From: Paraspadella gotoi
Taxonomy: Eukaryota > Animalia > Chaetognatha
NCBI GenBank assembly: GCA_051294375.1
Contig: CM119264.1
Location: 12,588,263-12,652,262 of the forward strand
Reading direction: 5' to 3'
DNA length: 64,000 bases
Numbering within the stretch: the first letter of the stretch is position 1; each line of letters starts with the position of its first letter. The position numbers were made by a program, and so were the translations under genes. Of this stretch, positions 57,167 through 64,000 are shown one piece after another. Below the pieces are notes generated by a model. That model was not told where the DNA came from and ran no database searches. It was given only the letters and a program-made list of their open reading frames with translations.

Positions 57167-58482
57167 CAGGAGAGAGAGAGAGAGAGAGAGAAGAGAGAGA
57201 AGAGAGAGGAGAGACGAGAGAGAGAGAGAGAGACTTTTCTCATTCGCTTTTTTTCTTTTTCTTGACTGGCGTCCGTCTTATCTTTTTTTTTTCGTCGCTG
57301 TCTTCTGTTTTTTATCGGCTGAGAGAACCGATAGAAAGAAGACGAGGGAAACAGTTGATAAAGATGTGAGTTTTTTCTCTGGTTTTCTCTTCTTTTCACG
57401 ACACCAGTTAGCAACAGAAAGAAGAAGAAAAAACTAGGGAAACAGTTATAAACTGGGAGAGCTTTTTAACGTCAGAGAGACGCAGTCAGTCCTAAGAAAA
57501 AGATCAAAAGTCGCAGAAAGAGCAAGAGATAAAATTCTCTCCCTCTCTTCGATTCTTTCTTTCTCTCCGTCTCAATCTGGCTCTCTATCTCGCTCTGACG
57601 TCTTTAAACTCATTTGCATATCGCGATTGGCAGGAGGCAAGGCGGCCGCCTACAGCAACGACGTGAAGTCGTTCGAAGACTGGACTCTGGCCAACGGAGG
57701 ATCTCACCTGGGAGATGGAACGTTGGGCAGGGCGACAGGTTGGGTGGGGTGGAATTGGGGATTAATTGGATGGTTGCTTTTGCGGTTGATTGACTGAATT
57801 TGTGTTAGGCGGCTCAGTGAGTCGAATGGTTAAAAGTTTTTTTTTCCAATCGCCCGGTCGATCAGTCGACCGATTTTTCGATCTATTTGTAAGTTAACAT
57901 GTAAAACGACTTTGAAAAACGACCTGAAGTAAAAAAAAGAAAGTATTTAGCGTAGTATGTGGCTTTTCGTATTTTTTGAATTTATTAGCTATGGCAGTAT
58001 CAATTTTACCACAGGCCTCACCCTGATTAAATTAATATTTTACTTTCGGTTTTCTTTGAGTTTTTTCTCCCTCCCACCCTCCCTCCCCCGCCATCTCAGG
58101 CACCAACGACGTGATTCTCCTCTCTCGCGACGCCGTGGCGATGACGTCCTCGGCGATGACTTCAACCGGGAACGGAATCTGCAATGGAACCGCGTCGCCG
58201 GTCATGACGTCGGCGCAGCAGATGGTGCGCGGCCTGGCCTGCGAAGGCCTCATGTCCACCCCATCCGCGAACCCCACTCCACCACACGTCCTGCATGGCA
58301 ACGCCCGTTCGCGCCGGAACGGTCGGCACTTCCGGCCATTTGGGTCGGGGCAACTCGTCGCCGTGGTCACCAGCGCGCGCCACGGACTTCCCGCTGCTCG
58401 GGATAACGGACAACAGGGTTGTGGAACCGTTGGTGGAGAGTGGTTGATCCCTTCGTACCGTGAATGTCTCGTGATTGACTGA
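36137..58482 (+). CDS. Multi-exon Ig-superfamily type I membrane protein (4 Ig domains + TM + cytoplasmic tail; CADM/Kirre/nephrin-like architecture), whole-gene span
   Basis: 15 exons with GT-AG boundaries. Phases match at all junctions except 53866/54773, and exon 3 starts inside a gap. Translation gives Ig motifs (V.F.C..W..L.V..V...DAG.Y.C; FSC...P..ITW...DHG..LQC), many N-x-S/T sequons and a ~25-aa hydrophobic helix. The start codon and the 3' end are uncertain. Confidence 0.8.
37302..37411 (+). CDS. IgSF exon 2: Ig1 strands A'-C'
   Basis: CCAAAAG|G GTG... R-VSTAVLAGTNVSFDCLSPSRPAIWMRIKDNLMLSFG G|GTAAGC. B-strand Cys and C-strand Trp present. Confidence 0.85.
39290..39810. mobile_element. 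AT-rich degenerate MITE-like element, possibly related to the 15.1-15.6 kb foldback
   Basis: AAGTACTATCCCTTATAAAAT (~39350) resembles TAGTACTATCCTTATAAAAAT (~15220), and an inverted counterpart ATTTTATAAAGGGAT lies at ~39800. Confidence 0.3.
39945..41288 (+). other. Noisy raw-read copy of IgSF exon 3 and its downstream intron
   Basis: 39967-40070 is an insertion-riddled version of 41314-41400, and 40420-40560 a noisy copy of 41595-41730. The segment ends at a 25-N gap. It supplies the missing exon start (D-P-T-T-N-P) after a pyrimidine tract. Confidence 0.75.
41314..41495 (+). CDS. IgSF exon 3 (5' end in gap): Ig1 strands D-G and start of Ig2
   Basis: RHDSRKFSILARGDVYSLVVKRVNFSDAGPYKCVTKNALVTKLVVVSVPRCMPRSPALYE G|GTCAGG, with the canonical L.V..V...D.G.Y.C motif. 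Confidence 0.9.
46221..46393 (+). CDS. IgSF exon 4: Ig2 (C2-set, CD80-like)
   Basis: TCACAG|GA... GLAVTFSCEATSEGGRKPSITWVLSGSVIKSTLSHVGNRTVNIVTLIPMAADHGSSLQ|GTATTT; phase 1 in, phase 0 out. Confidence 0.9.
46496..46656 (+). mobile_element. Penelope-like element remnant: 58-bp inverted repeat with a hammerhead-ribozyme-like core
   Basis: Arms 46496-46553 and 46599-46656 are reverse complements with 1 mismatch. Core: CTGACGA-A-GGTCC-GAATCAA-GGACC-GA(G/A)AC-AT-GTC at 46578-46612, followed by AATAAA. Confidence 0.6.
46866..46988 (+). CDS. IgSF exon 5: end of Ig2, start of Ig3
   Basis: CTCCAG|TGC... CIVTHPDHYNASTPLAQCGYDHLDIRYGPRLNCPRYQSVFK|GTGAGG; 123 nt, supplies the F-strand Cys. Confidence 0.9.
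50971..51034 (+). CDS. IgSF exon 6: 64-nt exon within Ig3
   Basis: CATCAG|GAC... DDDDGAIFMGLSSERIEKKPA G|GTGAGT; provides the phase 0 to phase 1 conversion needed between exons 5 and 7. Confidence 0.7.
51750..51877 (+). CDS. IgSF exon 7: Ig3 strands B-C'
   Basis: GACAG|CC... AASTGYQVYCDIISNPRIPLRNISWVFHLGRNASLELPNVMLK|GTGAGA; C...SNP.....I.W Ig motif. Confidence 0.85.
52337..52429 (+). CDS. IgSF exon 8: Ig3 strands D-F
   Basis: CTCAAG|GAC... DTNIPHGVRATLNINPEMLSTRDPLQRITLQ|GTGAGA; 93 nt, phase 0/0. Confidence 0.8.
53189..53269 (+). CDS. IgSF exon 9: Ig3 G strand, start of Ig4
   Basis: GCTCAG|GTG... VVGERKVVKTDITLNLYFGPFVECPDS|GTAACG; 81 nt. Confidence 0.85.
53744..53866 (+). CDS. IgSF exon 10: Ig4 strands A'-C
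   Basis: ATCAAAG|GTT... VFIEENRTLVDISCRIHSNPPIPENNVSWSFNQVSNSVLSQ|GTTGAG. The 3' end is uncertain (alternative donor at 53874|GTGAGA). Confidence 0.8.
54773..54865 (+). CDS. IgSF exon 11: Ig4 strands D-E
   Basis: T-rich tract + CGCAG|AT CTC... LLIQSYTHKKSETYTLVSLTINTSTIKFPV G|GTTAGT. Its phase-1 start does not directly match exon 10. Confidence 0.7.
55116..55202 (+). CDS. IgSF exon 12: Ig4 strands F-G
   Basis: TTTCAG|GC... GDHVLLLVVRGLQKQVNKKIYLRFWNSNL G|GTTAGT; phase 1/1. Confidence 0.8.
56631..56822 (+). CDS. IgSF exon 13: stalk + transmembrane helix
   Basis: CCCAAG|GC... GGAHAGLGANDLSSMVDSKDHLAASAASSGAD-WILVACLVGVVVVAIVVAVVVALFY-KCNFIAG G|GTGAGT. Confidence 0.88.
57634..57738 (+). CDS. 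IgSF exon 14: juxtamembrane cytoplasmic segment
   Basis: TGGCAG|GA... GGKAAAYSNDVKSFEDWTLANGGSHLGDGTLGRAT G|GTTGGG; phase 1/1. Confidence 0.75.
58100..58482 (+). CDS. IgSF exon 15: low-complexity cytoplasmic tail (terminal, or spliced onward)
   Basis: Long pyrimidine tract + CTCAG|GC... GTNDVILLSRDAVAMTSSAMTSTGNGICNG... open to TGA at 58480-82. Internal GT donors could link it to the next exon. Confidence 0.65.
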
Positions 58483-58530
58483 CCGACCCCCTTAAACCCC
58501 CCCCCATGGCCCCATCTTCCCCCGCCGCAG

Positions 58531-58653
58531 CAGCTTCCCCCCTCCCGATTGGTCACCGTTCCCTAGCGGAATCTCAAAGGCCGAGTCCGAGGACGACGAC
58601 CCCTGGTTCGCCGCCTTCCTCAAGATGGCGAACGCGCTTTACGCCGCCGACAC
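58531..58653 (+). CDS. Exon A of a C1orf87-like / EF-hand-like module
   Basis: Acceptor CTTCCCCCGCCGCAG|CAG (alternative CCCTAG| at 58566). Reads SFPPPDWSPFPSGISKAESEDDDPWFAAFLKMANALYAAD AC|GTGAGA (phase 2). Confidence 0.65.
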
Positions 58654-59151
58654 GTGAGACGCTTTCGCTTTTGACAATTTGAATTTTAATTTGTTTTATT
58701 TTTATTTTTTTTTAATTTTAATTTGTTGTAAATCTTTCTTTTCGTTGTGTTTGGTATTTAGGACAAAAACGTTTTTATTGTTGATTAATTTCATTCCCCT
58801 TTCTTGTCGTTGTTTTTGTTCTTGTTACTTACTTTCGCTGATCAAAGTCAATGGCTTCTTTTGTGACTTTTTTTTTTTTAATTCTATGTAAAGGTTTCAA
58901 ATATCTGTTTTTCGTTTTTTTCTTTTTTCTAGCTTTGGTACGAGCTGTTTTTATTATATTTAATTTTAATCGTAAAATATATTAAGGTTTTTTGGGTGTG
59001 TGTTTGTATGGCATATTGTACGTACTGTTTTAACAATTTTTAACAAATATAAACACATATCATTTAAATCATTCGATATTACTTCCTTCTCGGATTTAAA
59101 CGTAATTAACGCTTCTCTCCGCCCTGCCCTACTCTTCCCCGCCTCCTTCAG

Positions 59152-59371
59152 AATGCGTTCGGGCTTCCTCGTCCGCTCGGAAGCCCGACGCCTCATCCGC
59201 TCCTACAATCTGGTTTACAATCTCAAGATTCCCGAGTCGCGAGTGGACGAGATGTTGACGGAGTGTTCCATCGGCGCCCACGTCGACCTCGAGATGTTGC
59301 TGAGGATCGTCAGTCTCTGCAATTGCCTAGAGGGCGGATCAATGGTTGGAAAGGATGCCGGGGAAGACTGA
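59152..59371 (+). CDS. Exon B (terminal) of the C1orf87-like / EF-hand-like module
   Basis: CCTCCTTCAG|A ATG... phase 2 joins exon A to give D-T-MRSGFLVRSEARRLIRSYNLVYNLKIPESRVDEMLTECSIGAHVDLEMLLRIVSLCNCLEGGSMVGKDAGED*. The loop D-x-x-x-S-G-x-L-x-x-x-E is EF-hand-like. Confidence 0.75.
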
Positions 59372-59683
59372 GCTCTCGCTCTCTCTCCAATCTCCTTTTT
59401 TCCTCCGCCATGGCGACTTCAAATCCAGAGTTTATTGTATTTCAGAATTAAAATTGATTTTTGTTCGACGTTGGGCTTCAAATATCATCCAGTCGACCAG
59501 CGACGACATTTTGATTACAAATATTTTTTTTTATACTGAACCTGACAGATGCAAAGTCAAGTTGAAATTAAATTTTTCATGGGTGCACTCTGCCTTCGAA
59601 AGATAAAAATATATGGTGCTCGTAAATTGATGATATTATTTTAATATCTTAAATACAAGAAATGCTCAAGCTTTCTGTTAACG

Positions 59684-59689
59684 AATAAA
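59684..59689 (+). terminator. Candidate polyadenylation signal AATAAA
   Basis: AATAAA ~310 nt downstream of the stop codon at 59371. Confidence 0.35.
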
Positions 59690-60027
59690 ACACATATATG
59701 TCCTCAGAGATAAAAAAATTAGACTTTGTTGAGGTGCAATATTATTAGGGCATTGCAGTAGAGTGATTGATTCATTGTCAGACTTAACCTTTATTCATGA
59801 GACAACGAACAGTTGATTACTAATTGACTGTGCTTATAGACCAAAAACATTTTAAAAAAATTTAAAGTTTTGGGGCCAATTAAACAACATAACTAATTAG
59901 CATAAAACGGAATTTATGTAGATGAATTTTCGACTGAAATACGTTTTACTCGTGATATTTATTTATATTTTATTTTTATTTGAAAATATTTATGTTAGAT
60001 TTTGATTTACTCTTTGAAAATTGTTTG

Positions 60028-60135
<108 letters not shown>

Positions 60136-60694
60136 TCCCTCCCTTTCTTGTCTCAATTTCAGTGTGTTGTTCTCTAACCTGTTACTTCCTCTCATTGATC
60201 GTGACTAGTGAATCTATTGTTATATGGTTTCAATTGAATCCTCTGTAAATTAATTAATGGGGTACTAATACATTAAAATTGAAAGTTCTAATAAAAACAT
60301 TGAACTTTGTAGATTTTTTACAAGGAACCAAACGCTTGCTTGCTTATAGATAGTGTATACAATCTCGCAATTCCAAACGTATGTAATACTATGTATTTCA
60401 TACTTTTTTTTAAAAAAAGAGAAGACAGAAAATTCAGAATACAAAGAAAGAAAAATTTTGTATTGTCAGTGTCATAAAAATACATCATTTAATTTGACGA
60501 CACCAAAACTATGTACATAATTCAATTAAAAGAAGTGATGCGTGCATAATATATATATATAGTATATATATATATTATATACATACTATGTAGATTGAAG
60601 AACCTAGAATGCTAAAAAGTTTTAGCTAACATAAGCTAAATATAGATTTGTTTATCATAAAATATGGAAAGGTAAAAATTAGAAACTTACTTAT

Positions 60695-62920
60695 TTAATA
60701 ACTTAAAAAATAAAAAAATACCAGAGGAACGATTAAAAACAACACGACAGAAAAGTTTGCGTTGTCCTTAATTCGTTGGTCCACATATTCCGTATAATTA
60801 CCAATAATATGTCTCTTTTTCGTTTCTGGCGGATAATCGGTCGGACATTGTGCCAAATCATGTAAAAAATCATTGAAAAATCTTTTGACAAATTCGTCAT
60901 TTTCGACGCCTTTTTTTCCCGAGAATACAGCTAGATCTTTAATGGTTGTTTTCGTCAAAAAACATTGAAGGAAATACAAAATGCTGAAGAACGTCAAAAC
61001 TAAAGAAATAAACCCAATTTTATTTCTTTCGCTCCACCCTTCTTTATTGAGAGAAAACAAACTATTGAAAAAAGGCAAAAAAGAAAGATTGAAAATTAGA
61101 TAAAAGTTTTCTTTAATGAGGGTATAAAATAAAATTTTGCGTAGAATTTGTGGGCGTATTAGGAACATCTTTTCCAGGTACGCGGGTGGAAGCTTTCGAA
61201 GACAATTCTTGCAAAAGCATAGATTAGTCCATAATGAGGTCACTTCTTCTGTGATATCATAATCTCTAATAGCTGAATAAATAAAATAGGGCAAATAAAA
61301 AGAACCTACTACAGAGAGTAAAAAAAAGATAAACCAACATTTTCGAAATGATAAAAACTTTTTTTGAACCCACAAAAAACACAAAAATATAATATAAAAA
61401 AACAGATTGGTTATAGATTCTTCACAAATGTAAAAATGCCTTGATACCTTTTTGGGATGGGAGGTATACCTCTCTGAGTTAAATAAATAAATATTGAGAT
61501 TTAGAATTATTAAATTCACCATAAGGAGAGAAAGACTTTCTATTTTAAAAATTGAGGAGTAAAATTTATTGGTCATTTTTCCGAAAAGAGACGTGTGACA
61601 TATTGTAAAGCCTACATCAATCAAAACCATTAAAAAAACCATTTGTTTTTTGGGTTGAAAAAACCAATTATTTCCTAATGTTATTTGAATCCTTATATCG
61701 TCTCGCTTTTTCGTTTTTTCACACGGTTTGCTTAAAACGTTAAACTTACCGTAAAATGCCTTCTTCCATTTTGAACTATACTCAAAAGTTTTGCTTGTAA
61801 AGCATAGATCTGGAATTTTATTGTAAAATATGAAGAATTCAATGTCTGTTGATAAAGGATACCTCAGTTGATTGATCCCAAATTTAACGTCAAAAAAGAA
61901 CGTTTCTTCTCTTCGTAATAATACACCGTGTTTTTCGAAAGTTAAGCCCAGTGATACAATAATAAGAGTAAAATATGGAATAATCACTCTATGTATCATT
62001 ATACTTTTATTACATGGTGTTTCATGTATTTTTCCTTCTTTCAAAATTCTCAGAATAATTTTTAAATCCGATTTCGTGAAAACTCTTAAAATTAATAAAG
62101 GAGTAAAAATCACAAAAACGAACGAATATTTAACTGCATAAACGGCCATGAAGTAGATACAGAGAGAAACACCCACAGTCCCTTGAACAGTTCCACTGAT
62201 TTGGTATAACATCGTCGAAATCGTCGATCGCTCGACGAAGTGATTGGTTTGCACTTCTGCGGCCGCCTTAGCAATGCTTACCATCGAGATGGCCGGCGAA
62301 AAGAATCGCCAATAATTATCTATCATCCATTTGCAACTGAAAGATTTAAATTTGGATCCGTCGGCGTAGAAGAACCTCATGGAACAATCGCAAGTCAAGT
62401 TGGAGATATAGATGGTCTTCTCTCTGATGACGAGAACTCTGCTCATGGGCGGATAGCAAAGCTCCCTCGAATTGACCGTCATAGACAATACGAAAACGGC
62501 GGACTGCAGCAACATTTGCGGATAAGACTCGAAGAGCACCTGCAGCATATTCAGTCCGAGCAGTACGTTTTTCTTTTGGGGCAGAATCGGTGCGTCGGGG
62601 TCAAGTCCATCGAGATAGAGATCCGCTGACAGCGGAACCGTAGCGCATCCGAGCCCGATCGCAACGACGGTGACGAACACCATGAAGGGCGAAGACCACA
62701 ACCTGGGATAATCGCCGGGTCTTTGCCTGAAAATCGGGGCCAAGTATGTCGCCGAGACAAAGGAATGAAGAATGACCACGAACAACATCGCCCACCCAAA
62801 GTAGGGCAGTCCGTACAGTGGCGAAGTCAGGTAATCGTGAACGGTTTTGAAATCCGTTCCCAGATCCAAGACAGAAAGAAAACATGCAAGAAAAAGCGGC
62901 GCAAGTCGAAGTAGGGCCAT
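60695..62920 (-). CDS. Intronless XK-related (Xkr) multi-pass membrane protein, 741 aa, divergent
   Basis: Uninterrupted ATG-to-TAA ORF. XK-family signatures: LSVLDLGTDFKTVHDY (D..TD...Y in TM1), QVLFESYPQMLLQ (ES.PQ..LQ), SPAISMVSIA, and a late RKILFYTLIKENFYL (Y.....EN..L). Many hydrophobic helices. Confidence 0.8.
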   Translation of the reverse strand: MALLRLAPLFLACFLSVLDLGTDFKTVHDYLTSPLYGLPYFGWAMLFVVILHSFVSATYLAPIFRQRPGDYPRLWSSPFMVFVTVVAIGLGCATVPLSADLYLDGLDPDAPILPQKKNVLLGLNMLQVLFESYPQMLLQSAVFVLSMTVNSRELCYPPMSRVLVIREKTIYISNLTCDCSMRFFYADGSKFKSFSCKWMIDNYWRFFSPAISMVSIAKAAAEVQTNHFVERSTISTMLYQISGTVQGTVGVSLCIYFMAVYAVKYSFVFVIFTPLLILRVFTKSDLKIILRILKEGKIHETPCNKSIMIHRVIIPYFTLIIVSLGLTFEKHGVLLRREETFFFDVKFGINQLRYPLSTDIEFFIFYNKIPDLCFTSKTFEYSSKWKKAFYGKFNVLSKPCEKTKKRDDIRIQITLGNNWFFQPKKQMVFLMVLIDVGFTICHTSLFGKMTNKFYSSIFKIESLSLLMVNLIILNLNIYLFNSERYTSHPKKVSRHFYICEESITNLFFYIIFLCFLWVQKKFLSFRKCWFIFFLLSVVGSFYLPYFIYSAIRDYDITEEVTSLWTNLCFCKNCLRKLPPAYLEKMFLIRPQILRKILFYTLIKENFYLIFNLSFLPFFNSLFSLNKEGWSERNKIGFISLVLTFFSILYFLQCFLTKTTIKDLAVFSGKKGVENDEFVKRFFNDFLHDLAQCPTDYPPETKKRHIIGNYTEYVDQRIKDNANFSVVLFLIVPLVFFYFLSY

Positions 62921-63813
62921 CTTGCCGAGTGAAAAGTCGGCAAAGTTTCGGAATTACATTAAAATTTACATTCGCGAAAAGTTAATTGGAAAAGTGGAAG
63001 ATGCAGGTCGAGCAATCTACTAATAGCAAAAAAAAAAAAGTTACCGAAATATTTTCCAAAAAATCTATAAGTTAAATTATCTGATGAAATATCGAAATGA
63101 AAGAGTTTTTTATGATCGAAAGGAGTCACCCCCAGAACTGAGGGATTACTAGCCTTAACTTTGTTAAGCTCGAAAGATTAAACAACGTCAGATATGAATA
63201 ATTTGTCAGTTCCTATGTTCACACTACAAAGTTTTTAAGAGAAAAATATATAAATTAAAGATATCTAAAGTAAGTAAAAGTTTGACATTTTTTTTTGAAT
63301 TAATACTCAAGTTTCTTCAAGCATCAGCAAATGAGAATTATTTTAAGATGCGGAACGCCCTCAACCGAAGTCGCGTTCCATCGAATTTCTTCGAAATAAA
63401 AAATAATTTTCTAATTAGAAGGTTATTGAAAAAATTATAATGAATTTTAATATTTCGCATCGTGTTTGCTTTATCCGACAACCAATCAATCAATCCTTCT
63501 AAGAACGCTAAAAATTACGGACTAACTCAATATAAATAGATTTATTATAATCAGATTATTTTAAGCAATTAACTTGTTTCTCCTTCTTTCTCAATCTGGA
63601 TGATTATCGATTCCGATTGGACAACGAACCCAATTTTATTGGACGACCCAGGGTTCCCCGGCTGCGTGGCGGTATATGTTTCGTTATTAACTATTTCCGA
63701 AAGATCAAACCGATAAAAGAATAAACAAAATCAGTTTTACTTGGGCTTCGATTTTGGTCAATTTTGTTCAGTTTTAGACCGAAGCCAAAATAAGAAGAGC
63801 AAATGCAACGGAT

Positions 63814-63873
63814 ATGAAATCGGTTCAACAAATAAAAAAATTATCCATTCATTCAATAAATAAGCTATCTTGC
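63814..63873. repeat. Second copy of the dispersed repeat end seen at 21551-21610
   Basis: TGAAATCGGTTCAACAAATAAAAAAATTATCCATTCATTCAATAAATAAGCTATCTTGCC; similarity stops right after CTTGCC. Confidence 0.7.
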
Positions 63874-64000
63874 CTAGAGTTTCCTTAACCGTTAATTTTT
63901 CAAAAACGTCAGTTCACCGTTAAAAATCGACTTTTTTAACCGTTAACGGTTAAAATCGGTTAATTTAGTGACTTAGCTTATTTGATAATATAAATGCAAA

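Noticed and set aside
61872-62914. Short ORFs overlapping the Xkr gene
   Set aside because: Shadow frames of the long - strand ORF.

Overview
Eukaryotic (invertebrate-like metazoan) draft-assembly window, rich in (CT/GA)n, (GTC/GAC)n, (TTA)n and (CTTT)n microsatellites and N-gaps. Much of the first ~29 kb is near-identical, indel-riddled direct or inverted copies of adjacent sequence abutting 25-N gaps. These look like raw long-read gap-fill artefacts, not real duplications. The main biology is in the second half. (1) A spliced + strand gene (~36.1-58.5 kb) that I assembled by hand from 15 GT-AG exons; phases are consistent except at one junction. It encodes a type I membrane Ig-superfamily protein: long leader and signal-like helix, V/I-set Ig, C2-set Ig, two atypical Ig domains lacking the F-strand cysteine, a Val-rich TM helix and a cytoplasmic tail. 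(2) Immediately downstream, two more + strand exons (58.5-59.4 kb) that splice into a degenerate EF-hand-pair module resembling, from memory, the C-terminus of C1orf87 (DUF5580); this may be the intracellular end of the Ig receptor. (3) A convergent, intronless 741-aa XK-related (Xkr scramblase family) ORF on the - strand, with a large AT-rich insert and no cytoplasmic tail. Also present: a Penelope-like hammerhead-ribozyme/inverted-repeat remnant in an intron, AT-rich foldback (MITE-like) elements and a candidate ETS+Forkhead+GAGA promoter. No database searches were run; family assignments are by eye and need checking.
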